Source of the DNA: Albugo candida
Lineage: Eukaryota
Reading direction: 5' to 3'
Length of the DNA stretch: 64,000 nt
Assembly (NCBI GenBank): GCA_040437565.1
Contig: JBDOQK010000006.1
Coordinates: forward strand, 1-64,000
Part shown: piece by piece, positions 13,477-26,790 of the stretch
Layout: the number at the start of each line of letters is the position of its first letter
How positions within the stretch are numbered: the first letter of the stretch is position 1
Notes under the pieces: model-generated
Database searches by the model: none
What the model was told of the DNA's origin: nothing
The model's input: only the letters and a program-made list of their open reading frames with translations
Program-made: the position numbers and the translations under genes

Positions 13477-16359
13477 GTACCAGCTTAAGCCTAACGAAGG
13501 TGTCTTCATTTTCAAGTTAGATCGTTGTGTTCAACATTTTCTGAATCACATCGTATATTTTGGGATGTAGCCGGAAACGATAATCGAATATTATTCCGGA
13601 CAGTGCAAGATGTTGAAGTCGTCTTACACCATATCTTTAATCTCCAAAGTTTGTAAAAAAGACACTTCACCTATACACTGTGAATAATACTTTTAGGGGA
13701 TATTGCGCAAGATTCAGAAGCTATTTACGCTATCAAACTTGCGACGTCCTAAAACGTTTGTATTCTGGATCCTAGAAGTATAGTTCAGAGTAATATCAAA
13801 GTCACTACAACTCTATTTGAAAGTGCTGTACTGCTTGGTTTGCGGAAGCGGGGACGCCAAGCACTCGACATGAAAAAACTCCACGTCAATATTTCGAGAT
13901 TAGAGTGCGAGCGAGTTAACTGAAACTGAGCAATATGGACAGAATCAACTTGCTAGGGTTTGAGATTGACTGTCTCTCAAGATTATACGTGCCATCGAAT
14001 CGGGATGAGAGAGAAGAAATCTCAACGAATCAATGCTCAGACAGTTTACAAAACGTTCAGGGATTTCGGACATATGTGAGTGCTCTTAGTGACTTGTTGA
14101 GGTGAAGGTAGGAAGAATTGTGGCGCATCTTATGTAGTAGCATCCAACGGTGAACGGCTTTCGAAGTAGCTGAAGAAGGACAATTCAGAACTCTATCGTA
14201 AATTGTCGCCTGTTAGTATACACGAGATGGTACCGCAACTAGACCCATGAAAATAGAGTAAATCGACGAGCATTGTTGGCATCATAAGCGATCATTTAGT
14301 GATTATACTGCCGAAAAGCACCGTCTGTCTACACTAACAAAGGGAAATAGCATAAATTACAATTCCGAATTTTGTGTGCTTCTCCATTTACTTAGATAAT
14401 ATGCATAATGATAAGGTTTCAACCCATGTCTGACGGTATAGTTGATTGTCGTTGAGGACGCCATTCTTAAAAAATTCAAAGGGGATGACGCAGCTTTGAG
14501 TTTTGGTATCTGTTCATCGTTACAGTATTTTTGGGCAAGGCTGGGGACGGTATTTTATTTTTAGGTCAAAGAGAAAAACAAACAGCGTACGGTGACCCAG
14601 AAACTCACCTCTATTCATACTTCAGTTTGCCAACATTTATACCTTGATGAGGCTCGCCTGAACATCATAGTGTTCACTATACGTAATACTAGAGCTCGGC
14701 CGATGAAAAAGGGAGACATCTAGTAAATTGTGTAGATGCAATTCGAAAATCTATAAGAATTGACAGGTGAAAAGCAATCTTATAGGATCCATCTTTAACA
14801 GAGATAGTATCGCTGATTATATGGGTTAGTCTTATTCGTCTGACGTGGGCAGGTTAAACGATTGTGCGATGGGACTCAATTGCACAAGTTGCGGATGAAT
14901 GTCTTGGGTCGACGCGAACCAGGTATACTGATAATTAAAATGGAATACATAGACTATCGCCTTTTAGCAATAATAAAGAATCAAGCACTGGTAGTGGCCG
15001 TCATGCATAAATGCCCTCAAATCCTGAATACCAATCAAACTCTGTGGATGACTCATTAGCCGTAGAATGCATAAGTACCAGATTATAGAGATATTAAGTG
15101 ACAGCGCATTAATTTTCACGGGAAACGGGTGATCCAAAAAACCGTCAAGATTTTCTCTATAATGGTCAGGGATGAAGGAATGAGTTTATACAATCAAGTC
15201 ACCGCTTGTAGCCAGAACAATAGCGGCTATATATATCAAATACAAACCTAATGTCTCTTCATCACGACTCTTTGTATGGCAGGGCTGGATTTCAATGAAT
15301 AGGTTCTCTGATATGGAGTTCTTCTGTGATTTGATCTCCAACATTCTATATAGAAATTCTGAAGACCAATTGCAAACCCTTACCTCAATAAAGCACTTTC
15401 TTTTGTGTTAAATGGTACACAAGGCTTGCAAAATGCATCTAATGCTGAGCCAACTTGCAACAGCCTGATATATGCTCCATCTTACAGTCCTGCTATAAAG
15501 TGCAAATAAAAGTGTCCGCACGAAATGATGAAACGTTTCGACTAACCCACCTCGTATATTATATGCTGGACGGAATGGCAACGTATTACACCAACGGCAT
15601 GTGAGATAAGGTCGGTGCGCTAGGGGAGTATCAATCAGATGAGAACGGCAGCGATCATACGCACCATTAGGACTGCATTCCGAAAGATTTCAGTACTTGG
15701 TCTTATTAATATTCTGATACGAACGATGCCTTATACGACGACAGAATGAAAAAAGATGCCTTAAAAAACCTTTTCTGATTACTGTACCAAGTAATATATT
15801 GAGCGAAAAGCCCTGCGGACGGGCTACGAGGGACCCACAATATTTAGTCCAGCAAACAATGCTTGATGGAGACTACGTGAGGATCCACAAATTTCCGATT
15901 AGTATCGAAGAGGTGACTGCCTGAAACTTTGCACACAATCAAAGCTGGATGTGCATTAAGAACGATAACCTTAATTATGATTTGGGGTGGGTGAGCACAA
16001 TTCAAGTTTCACAAGAAAGAAAGACTACAAGGAGTCTTGCTATACGCATTCCATATTCTCATTGTTTATGGGTTTTGTCAAGTCGTAAACATAAAAGCAT
16101 CAATATCAGATAATTGCCCATTGCATTGTGATCAAATACTTTGATGATGTCATGTGCGCGTATCCGCGGGGGTGGCTCAGATTTTGACGGAAACTCTGAT
16201 GCAGAACGCTAATACCCAAACTTGGTTAATGAGAAACTATTGCAACAAACTAGTTGCGATGGACCATGTACACGCAAAAGTGTACTCAAACATGCCCTGG
16301 TTCAATCAAAATTTTCAAAATAATGGAATATTCGATATAGAATGTCAAACCTTGGATGC

Positions 16360-16375
16360 GTCCACTTCCAATTTT
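16360..16375 (+). promoter_or_regulatory. Oomycete-type INR+FPR core-promoter-like motif
   Basis: GTCCACTTCCAATTTT resembles the oomycete consensus GCTCATTYYNCAWTTT and lies ~55-70 nt upstream of the ATG at 16429. Confidence 0.45.
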
Positions 16376-16428
16376 AGGTCGAATTGAGTGCTCACTGGTC
16401 ATTCGCACATATACCATCGAGTGCGCAG

Positions 16429-17175
16429 ATGCCTCGAATACTAGTCTCGCTACTCGGCTTTGTTTGCTTAAACGCGTCGCCTACAAAACATGACATGAGT
16501 TCACAACTCGAAGTTATTCTTAATATGATGAGATTGACATGCGACGATAATAGCTCCCAAAAAGATTGCGAAAAACTTCAAAATGCATTCACGGATTTCG
16601 GCAAAGCATTGGCTCAGCAGTATGTCAACTTCAAATCTAATCGTCGACGAATGGTACAAAACCGTTCACTGGTTGGTGAAGGTGAAATCGTGGAAAATAC
16701 CCAAACACAAACAGAAATGATCCAAGTAGAGCCGGAAATGAGCGATGCAAGAAGTGCTATGTTTGCTTGCTGCCAAGATACTGTTGACCCAGAGCTAAGT
16801 ACCTTCTGTTCGGAAGTTCGTGAAAATACATATACCGTTCTTGCTACTGCTTTGGCCGTTCTACATCGTGGGCGCAAATATTTGCCAAATTTCACCATAA
16901 TTTCTGGTATAACAGTCGTTGATTTTATTATCAGAGTGTTTCGTCATGACCCTACCATCTATGAACACATTCCTGACGAAGAATTTTTACATCTAGCTGG
17001 CAAAGCTATCCGTGACGGTCTCGTACTCTCGTTTGTTTGCCGCTTTTTTTATGTATTGGCAATGAAAGTTATAAGAGATGAAGGCGGAACTAGTGGTGAT
17101 TCAACGGGAACGAGTGGATCTCAAGCTGTTCATCCAGATCTTTCAAGAACTAGACGTTTGCTTCAATATGATTAA
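16429..17175 (+). CDS. Hypothetical secreted protein (248 aa), candidate effector
   Basis: Uninterrupted ORF. N-terminus MPRILVSLLGFVCLNAS looks like a signal peptide. Basic tract NRRRMVQNRSL is followed by acidic GEGEIVE. Paired cysteines and an upstream promoter-like motif. No recognisable domain. Confidence 0.7.
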   Translation: MPRILVSLLGFVCLNASPTKHDMSSQLEVILNMMRLTCDDNSSQKDCEKLQNAFTDFGKALAQQYVNFKSNRRRMVQNRSLVGEGEIVENTQTQTEMIQVEPEMSDARSAMFACCQDTVDPELSTFCSEVRENTYTVLATALAVLHRGRKYLPNFTIISGITVVDFIIRVFRHDPTIYEHIPDEEFLHLAGKAIRDGLVLSFVCRFFYVLAMKVIRDEGGTSGDSTGTSGSQAVHPDLSRTRRLLQYD

Positions 17176-18988
17176 GTCAGAGCACAAAACCGGCAAAATA
17201 CATCAGCTTTCTTACGCCAAAATTGCTCTTGAATGATTGTTCCGTTTTTTCTTCTACCTACATCAACCATGTGTAGCCATGGATCTTCAAAGTATGAGTA
17301 TTTGACATGATCTTGCTGCCGAAAATAATAGCTATACTATCGTTCAGTGTTTGCTCTGCCCGCGCGTATTATTTCGAATCGCTGTGCAAGATGAATATAT
17401 GTGTGCTCCATCTCGGAGTTAAAAACCCATGTTTTGCGCATCACCTTATCCTTTTGAGTGTGCAGTAGATGATCATTTCAATTGAAATAGCAGTTTTGGC
17501 CGGTTGAATGGTAACATCGCAAAATGAGACAGCAAGTTCGTGTGTCGCCCGTCGTTATAAAATGGCTCGTGCATGAAGCAACACGAGACAATTGATTCAA
17601 GCATTCTTCAAAGTTTTCAATCGACTATGCGACTTTTTGTCTACTTCATTTCCATGCAACTCATTAGACAAGAGTGGTCACCGAAGACCGGTGCAATTGG
17701 CGCATCAGGAAAAATTCAAAGCTAAGCGCCTTAAACTAAACTGTCTCGAAAGACTGGTATGCCTAACTGGCTGCTTCACCCACTGTGTCGCCGATGACCT
17801 TATGGAATGGATGGAATTTCTCAGTCCGCACTCTTCTTCAATACGCTCAGTAGATAGAAGCATACTTTAGTTGTCCATGGCCCGGACGTATGCGGCCACT
17901 TCCATTCCTCTGTGGAGTTAAGCTTCACTTAGACTAATAGCAATCTTAAATACATTTGAAGCTGTCCATGCAGCATGAAATCTTAATAGCATGGTAGTCA
18001 GGCTCTCTATCCAAATGCTTGAAAGTATGGCCTTATACATTGCGCCTTGCATTCGTATATCATCATGCATATGTCACACGAGATATTTCTATTCAGTAAC
18101 CAAAAGTTTGTTTTATTGTGCTTGAACCACGACAGCGCCGCTGTCAAATAAATGGAGGACCATAATCGGTAGAGCGCGTTTCTTGCCGCTGTGCACATAG
18201 AACTTGGTTGCCACTATAAAAGGCTTTTAGCCTCACGTTTTACAAGCTAGATAGAAAAGCTCCTTAAATATCACGTTTTTAACAAACTGGCATCCTTTTT
18301 AGCAAAATATCGCATTCGGACGATGATGCACACATATATAATGCAAGAAATAGGTGGAATGATCACAGTGCATGATGTCCACGGTAAGCAAACTTGACGC
18401 ATCAGCCACAAGAGCAGCAGTACCTTTCCGATAAGATTGCCCAGAGTCAACGATGTACCCAAACGTGGATATTGCCGTGTGTTTTTCCAAAGTGTGCCAT
18501 ATGTTTTGTATCTGCGCTCGTATAAGTAGTGTACCTAACTTGTAGCCTTGATTCCTGGAATTCACTAGACTTGCAACATTATGGTATTAACAAGATGAAG
18601 AAGCGACTTTTTTCATGACAATTGTCCCCAATCTAAGTTGACCTAAGTAGCGTTCTACTTTGCTATCGCTAGTTGCTACGTTGAGAAGTCATTGAAATAG
18701 GCAAAAGTGTTATGGATGCATGATTTTCCATAACGACTGACCTCTGACCATTTAAGTGAAATTTTGAACTTGACATTTTCCTATCAGTCGCTGACAGCGG
18801 TGCTGAATGACTTCGTAAATGGCGTAATCATGACCTTAGTATGGCTGTAAACCAGCTCAACCTGAAAATCGCAAACCGAAGACAAACCNNNNNNNNNNNN
18901 NNNNNNNNNNNNNNNNNNNNNNNNNNNNNNNNNNNNNNNNNNNNNNNNNNNNNNNNNNNNNNNNNNNNNNNNNNNNNNNNNNNNNNNN

Positions 18989-19890
18989 CTACATATGTAA
19001 TATATGTAAAAACGCTAGATCCAACACTTGGACCTTATGTATCCGATGCGCTCGAAAGTCCATCAACTGTCACATTTACTTTTCCAAATTCCGATGATCC
19101 CGACTTAATTCCTATGCATCGGCGGACAATGATAAAGTATTCTCTTGCTCAAACCACAATTGAGTTTTCTGAGCAATATAAAGAACATATGGTGGCTTCT
19201 CCGTCTGAGCGTCGGAGAAATTAAGACTACATTGGCTCATGATGCTGGAGAGTTAAGTGCGAATACCGCTATCACTCTAAGATTTGGACAGAATGCGCTG
19301 AAGCAACTAGGATTCATAATAACCTTTTACACGACCAAGCGCTTTGAACATCTGGTATGATTTGATAGAAAGCAAGAAGAAAAAACTCAGACATTCATAT
19401 AGTTGCTACGCTCACAAAAGCTTAGAAGAACAATGTAATATTTACTTTCAAGAATTATAAACCTCTAATCAAAAGGATACAGTTTAATTCAAATCTCAGC
19501 GAACCCATCACAGATAAGAAGCCTAAGATAAATTGACAACACTCACAGCTTCACCATAATATACATCAGTAAAAAATGAAGCGGTTAGTCCGACACGTAA
19601 GGGTTGCATTCATCAACCTCCAGCGCGCTCGCTTATCGACCTTATCCTTACCAACTCCAACATTGGGTCTGACATGGCCGCGTGTGTCACGGAGGTAAAT
19701 AACCGAAACAATATCGGNNNNNNNNNNNNNNNNNNNNNNNNNNNNNNNNNNNNNNNNNNNNNNNNNNNNNNNNNNNNNNNNNNNNNNNNNNNNNNNNNNN
19801 NNNNNNNNNNNNNNNNNCAATATCGGTATTATCGGCACAGCTACAAATTGGACGCTTTCAATTCCTAAAAGCGCACAGCTTTTCATCCAA
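18989..19890 (+). mobile_element. Probable non-LTR (LINE) retrotransposon fragment: ORF1 remnant plus start of an AP-endonuclease ORF2
   Basis: MKRLVRHVRVAFINLQRARLS and, after a frameshift, SDMAACVTE resemble the first two APE motifs (hh-x-N and D-h-h-x-h-x-E). Bounded by gaps, as expected for a collapsed repeat. CAATATCGG overlaps across the 19718-19817 gap. Confidence 0.4.
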
Positions 19891-20169
19891 ATTGCGAGAT
19901 CGCCGAGATCGCCACAAGCTCAATCATCCATTTTGCTGCATATTCCGCTCCGCCTCCATCCCACCATTACAATTCTCCTCTTTCAATCTCATCGCAACGT
20001 TCTCTTCCCCTAATATTTCGTCTTAAACGTCGATAAGCTTACAGAAGTCGATCAAAAGATTCAGTTCCCCGTAACCGTACCTGCGTCGAGCGCTAATACC
20101 ACGTCACGTAGTAATGCATCGCCTCTCTGTGACATCATAAATAATCAAACAAACGAAAGGCATTTCGAA

Positions 20170-22100
20170 TGGAGTGAATATCCACGTCGTTACCACAAAT
20201 AGGCCAAAGCTTATAGATCAAGAGGTATTGATGCGGCCGCTTCCTCCACTCAGAGATATACGATTTAGTGAAGAAGAAGGGTGCAAATGGAAGCAAACAC
20301 AAAGCATTGTACCACCGTTTAGAATGCTTTATGCTCACGAAAGTACCAACGAGTCATCGGAGATTTGACCAAATGGATCATGAAAGCATCTTTAAATGAC
20401 CGATTCCTGATGAACAGTGAGGAAGCGTATGGTTTCCTTAAAGATATTTATGCTACAATTGATGGGTTACGAGAAAGCAGTGATACTATTCACTCAAGAA
20501 AACAGCTCGTTATCCTATTTTAGAACATCGGGAAACTTTCGATTGATTTTTATGGCCAAAGCGCTTTTTCACAAAGAGATAAACAACACGACACTGGCGC
20601 TGTGTGAGCTGTCGCTGGCGGAAATCGTCGAACAGCGGCTATTGTATTAGGCTCAAACCGCATACCCTCGAGCTCAATTGTACCTTCAGCCTCATCAACA
20701 CGAGTTAGCGGTAGTAGCATGGTAGTAGCATTGTGTCGGTGGATCGAGATCGATTGAAGTGGGATTGGAACAGCCTATTTCATCGATATGCTCGTAGCAC
20801 GTGCGGATGTTCTCATTCGATTAGGGAAACAAGCGGAAGCCAAAGGCCTCAGTGATCGTTGCTCTCACTCAATGGAAAATGGAGAGTATACGACTCAAGT
20901 CCAGTCAATCGATCAGAATGGGACTTGCTTCCTTTATATGATCCTCAAGCCTTTAAATTCGCAGGGCGTGCGGTTCAGCATTACAATTTGATTTCGACGC
21001 GCGATCTTGACGATATTCACGTATTATGTCTTCGGTCCGATACCCAGACGCGTTATCTGCATGCGTTCGAAGAGAGCAAGCGTGATTTGGAGACTGCTAA
21101 ATTGCTGGATCCTCACGATATTGACACGATTCTCGCGATGACCAGGCTGGAATCTTTTCACTTCCGATGGCGCACAGCGATCGTTTCCGTGAAAAATGTT
21201 TTGGATGAAAATCCAGACAACGTCACTGCTCTCCTTCTCCGTGGGCAATTGTATGAGCTTGTGGATAGCTACACGCAAGACCAAGCCGACTACATGCGTA
21301 TTAACGATGCAAAGAATGTCAAACTCGTGGAAGAAGACCTATTGGATTGATCGGAAGGCTGGCTTTTAAACAAGAAAAGAAGCTGCAAGTATCGAGTCTC
21401 GAGTCTGAATTTTAGTTCAACGACAACGAGTGACAGCATTCCACCTTTTCTTCTTCGTGCTCGCATCTTTATTCGCTTCAGTGACTTTGAAGCAGCGCTT
21501 GCGGATTATCATCGGATGTTGAAATTATTCCGAATCATTTTGATGCATTCATAGAACAGCAAAGTGCTCAAGAAGCATTTTGATACGCAAACACAAGAGC
21601 CGACAAATCAGGCGATCTCCTGGCTACTCACTCAAGATCAACCTGTCGACATGGATTTCACTAGAAGAAATAAATCTTGGCAATGTGAGATGCTTTAAGG
21701 ACGCACGCATCACAGAAAAGCTCGAGATAGCTATCGATCCGAAGCATCGCCTTCAGATAGCACAGAAGTGTGTACAATCCAGTACCTGAAAATATCAAAG
21801 TACTTGTTGGAGTACGCAGGCGCAATCCATATGGAAAAGGTGGCAGAGATCGCTGAAAATTGGCAATGAACGAGAAAAAACGAAATACTGTTTCTCTGAG
21901 GCCAGAGGAGTACATTCGAACAAGTCTGATGAATTGCTTGGAACAAGAATGTCCTGGACCGAAATTCGACGACTCGAAATCTATATTTATGATGGAAGTT
22001 ATTTATGCTACAGCGTCAATCGTCGCATTTAGCTAGAAACACATGGGAAGTCATATCAGCAACGAGCATGAGGATGAAGCGAGATAAGCTGATTTAGCAA
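20170..22100 (+). pseudogene. Tetratricopeptide-repeat (TPR) protein pseudogene (boundaries approximate)
   Basis: TPR-like helices in different frames: LVARADVLIRLGKQAEA; AFEESKRDLETAKLLDPHD; VLDENPDNVTALLLRGQLYELV; FLLRARIFIRFSDFEAALADYHRML. Multiple stops and frameshifts. Confidence 0.65.
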
Positions 22101-25100
22101 GAGTATATCAGATTACTCTTCCGCTTGGATTCGAACTGACCAAACAAGGTATGGAACGAAGCATACTGCCATTGTGTATTTAGGCACGACAACGTGCTTT
22201 CTTGCTTTCGTGAATCATATATCAAAAGAAATAGCCCGGCAGCATTAGTAAATATCATACGCACTATTCTGGAGTGAGTGTTCTATATGCAATAGACTCC
22301 TCGGATACTGTTTTTTTTATAAAGTCGTTCCTTAGGTTCAACATTGGCAAGACACAACGACTGTGCTATCGGATGATGTATGTAATCTGTTCCAGTATAA
22401 AATGTCGACAACAGTGAAACGGTCTGCCAGAACTGATGGGATCAATCTTCGAGAAAGTTTGTTGATGTACTTCATCCGATGATGTAAGAGCAAGAGTTCA
22501 GACTGAAATTAAACTTTCACTCCTGGTAAGCTGTCTCTCAACAACTAAAGCATTTGCTGGAAATAGTAGCGTTTGCTGAAGAGGCTTGCCAAACGCTGTT
22601 AAAAGTATGATTATCTGGACAGCGTTCATGTGAGTTATGAAGAAAAGATCATATTATATGTGGTTTCATTCAGAGATCAGACCGACACCTCGCAAGTCGT
22701 GCATCCTTTAGCCGGCATCAAGTCTGGCGAAGACTGCATGTCAGACAGCGTTCATGTGTATGATTTGCCTTGACCAGAATCTTTTTGCCTATCAATTACC
22801 TGTTGCACCTTATTCCTGGCTGCTTTCCCGTAGAGCACAAAACTACAAAGCTCCCGGATGTCTGCCATGTTTCTTAGGCACCAAAACTTGGAAACTGTCG
22901 CAACCCACTTCTCTGATCTCACTCAAGGTGGAGGCGAAAGCTGCTAAAAGCTTGGAGATTTTCTCGAGGACACCTACGAGCGCAAAAATTCCAGCTTATG
23001 CCCGACATTGTGTGCCACGATGAAGCGGACCGCACATATGTTAACTTCGATTTGGATCAGGTTGCGAGTGAAAACAGATTTTGTCAGTCGCCGATGTAAG
23101 CGAATCCAAGACGTCATAGCTGTGAAGAGTACGGCCGTCAAGTGAAAGAACAACGATCTAAATGACGCGGAGAAAGTAGCGTCATTTACGTGATGCTTCA
23201 TCTGTCTCGCACGCTAACGCATTGCTGGGCTCGTATTCGTAAGAAAGCGATTTTTATGGATGGGGCATTTCAAACTGCTATCAAACTGCATGGTTTGGAG
23301 TATGCATGTACTCAGTACCTTCGGCAAATACCTGGGATTACTTTGAGATATCGCAAAAACGGAAGCATGAAAGCCCAAGAAATCAAAGGTAATAGTAAAT
23401 AGCTTACAGGAGTCAATTAAGGGATAAAATAGTCTATCAGTTGAAGGATTATCTGATATTCAAGTTGCAAACTCAACGCCTTGGTCAAGCGACTAAAAGA
23501 GCTATCTGAAGACAGTACGAGAGAAATGAAAAATCGTTTTCTTATATCGTTCTTTACGAGTTGAGTGCTTTCATTTGCGCATATAATTTGAACACTTGAA
23601 TAGATAGCCACGGTCTATTGCTTGCCATATCGGATAGTATACGGGTTGGAAAGCTCACGGCGATAGAATTTTTAAGGTGACAAAATGTCTGTAACTTGTT
23701 GTACTTGCATAGAGTATCTTCTCCATCAAAGTGATGCACATGGCCTGACTTTGCGAAATGGTGACCGACAAGCCATTTTTTATTTGTACATAAGTCCCTC
23801 ACCATGATCACTCTTATCGGAATACATCCATAATTGCGTATGAAACTGACTGTTCCTACTTCACTTTCCCTCGAATTTATCATTTACTCTTCAATTGATG
23901 TTTCCGGTTGCTGTTATTTGTACCATGATGAATGTATAGTTGGAATCGTATATCACTCAACCAGGGTGTATTTCTACATTTTGCCCCGAAAATCGGGGAG
24001 GTGATGCAACTCTCATACTTCACAAACAGCAGTGGTTGATCGATTTCTTTACTGGTATATTATATCATTTAGGAACATTAGTAAGGCAGGTCTGACAATT
24101 ACACCGTTATCTGTAAGGCGAATTACATACTTTTGAGACTTGTAACGGCTGTACGCGTGGCAACTGTATAATGCACATATAGCGAGTGTTGGCATTGAAT
24201 GCCGCGCATATCAAATCGCATTGACCAAGAAGTCTTCATTACGCAGAATCTTGATGCGGCGTTGGTAATTTGTGCCTTCCCCTCGACAGCTGTGGATACA
24301 CTTTCGAGCTAAAAGTACGTATCACTTCCTGTGATTATCACGATGGAACAGAGGAAGACGTTGTTAATCAGCATTTGTACATACATCATGTTATTTTCTT
24401 CGGAGCGAAGCTGCACTGTAAGATGTTCACAGTTTTTATGCATCTCTCCGTTTCGATGCTACAAATAGCACTCAGATTCTAGCAATCCTTGAAAGCATAG
24501 TTATTTGCTCGGAAACCATTGACATCTCTCGAACTCCGCATTGCATAGAATAGGAAGTTAGATAAGATTTAGCTTCATGTTCATCGATGCCAACACGGGA
24601 TTTATCTCGTTAGGTAGCGATAGTAGTATGTACAATCAGCGTACAAAGCTCCTTCTCATAAAACGTTGCATCCTATTCTTATTCACAAATTGTCACTCTC
24701 GATGAACGAAGCCACATAATGAGACGCTATGGCTACATTTCGTTTCTCTGTCAGCTTGCTTGCCGCTGTATCTCATGCAAGCCACCAAACTGGATGTAAG
24801 ATACTCTCGGCTCCATCATGAGGTCTTCCTTTCATCAAGGATGCCGTATGTTATGACTTCTCTTCACGAATCTGCTTACTATATTTCTCCTCGTGTAATA
24901 TTCTTCTGGCCTTGTTCATTGCAAATTGCAACGAGCCATTTGAGGCCACTTTAGCATTTCAACAGTATGGTTAGTATTAGTTCTGCAAATTTATAAAATA
25001 AAGTCACCTGTGGCGAGAGAAATTTGGAGAGTGTCAGAAGTTTAGGCTATGCTGAGCAAACTTGACATTTACATGAGACGAAAAGTTTGAAGTGTCATCC

Positions 25101-25178
25101 TGGTTTGCTCATTTCGGAAGGTTGCGTTGTGAACTTAAATACGCATGCACAGGCTTTGCTGAATGATCTTGTTGTTAT

Positions 25179-26320
25179 CTATCCAATTTTAAAAGTAATC
25201 TCATTGCGTTTTTTTTCGTAGTACTTCTTTTGACGATCCTGAGCTTGAAGCAAATGTTTCGTAGCTAGATTTTTAATGATTTCTTGACGACGGATTTGAA
25301 AATGTTTTGCATACTCAGCGATTCCATGTTGAACCTGAGTTGTGACGCTAGGAGTACTTAGCGGATTCAACAAATTGCGTTCCTTGCGACCAGTATCAAT
25401 CTGGAAAGGTGACACACTAGTTGATGCACTGACGAGAGTGGAATGAGCATATTCAATTGTCCCTAAATAATCGGACCAATCACGTCCATGATACGAAATC
25501 ATACAGCGTAGAGCGTCTTCCAAAATCAGATTTTGACGCTCCGTCTTTCCGTCGGCCTGTGCCCGATATGAAGTTGTCATATGCACACGAATTCCCAACA
25601 ACTTAGCAAGAGAGGACCAAAACTTCAAAACAAACTTGGAATCTTGATCGCTGATAATAACCGATGGTAGACCGTGATGACGAACGACGCAATCTAAGAA
25701 ATGACACGCTTTCATATAAGCACCAACGTTGCGATTGCACGCCCGATATTTTGACCGTTTGGACAATTTGTCGATAACTGTCATGATAGCATCAAATTCG
25801 TTTGATTTCGGTAATCCCGTAATGAAATCCATAGAGATAACTGACCAACATTCTTCCGAAATCGGGAGAGGAATCATTTTTCCATTCTTGCGAGCATTGC
25901 TGTTTTTCCAGAGAGTGCATGTTTCACAACTTCGTACGTAATCTCGAACGTCTTGATTCAATGTAGGCTAATGATACCATTGAGCGATGCGTAAAAATGT
26001 TCTTTGAGCACCAGAATGTGTGGCAATGTTGGAGTCATGAAAGCATGAGATGATAGAAGTTCGAAGATAATTATCCTTTATGCTTGGTCCACACACACGC
26101 ATCATCATTTGTGACTTGAAGTAAAGCAAACCTTCGTGTTTTATATATAGTGAGTCTGGACGTTTGAACTGTTCGGCATAATCTGGACAAGTACGATATC
26201 CACTCGCAAATTCCTTATAAACCAAATTTGACCAACCAAGCGAGCTCCAATTGTGAGATTCTTGTCTCACATTAACAGTGCCAGGAGAAGGCTCGGTAGC
26301 GCTTATAGAAGGCAACGTAC
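25179..26320 (-). mobile_element. Ty3/Gypsy integrase fragment (a different family from 33.5-42.7 kb)
   Basis: FHDSNIATHSG..CETC zinc-binding motif, SMDFITGLP, IISDQDSKF, QADGKTERQN. Truncated at 25179 and cut by the gap at 26321. Confidence 0.9.
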
Positions 26321-26420
26321 NNNNNNNNNNNNNNNNNNNNNNNNNNNNNNNNNNNNNNNNNNNNNNNNNNNNNNNNNNNNNNNNNNNNNNNNNNNNNNNN
26401 NNNNNNNNNNNNNNNNNNNN

Positions 26421-26790
26421 GGGATGGAAGTCTTGATGTTCACAGTTTTCTTTGCACTATATGGCGTCATTAAACATGCTTGGGAGCTGTCGTGGCTTCT
26501 CGTCAGTGTTAGTTCAGCACCATCTGTTATATATGGCTTGTGCAGATATTATAAACCACCAAATCCTTCTATAGCGATCCCAACTAACGCACCAGTCGAC
26601 AGACTGGAGTTAGATGGCTTTGAGTACAGTACAATGGTGGTGGTAGACACCAAGACATATGACGTAGCATCCGTCTATATGAGCACGCTGTGGAAGTTTT
26701 TTGTTGGGCAACCATTGTCATCGGTGGCACCTCGAATCTGAGTTGAAAAAACCATTCTGGGAGAAATAGAGTCGTCTAATTACTTCTAGA
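26421..26790 (-). pseudogene. Remnant of a single-pass membrane protein (Ser/Thr-rich stalk plus TM start)
   Basis: Minus-strand frame gives VSTTTIVLYSKPSNSSLSTGALVGIAIEGFGGL*, resembling the LSxGAxVGIAIG juxtamembrane motif. In-frame stops. Confidence 0.3.

Noticed and set aside
22120..22145. tRNA T-loop-like GTTCGAATCC on the minus strand
   Set aside because: There is no T-stem pairing or cloverleaf.
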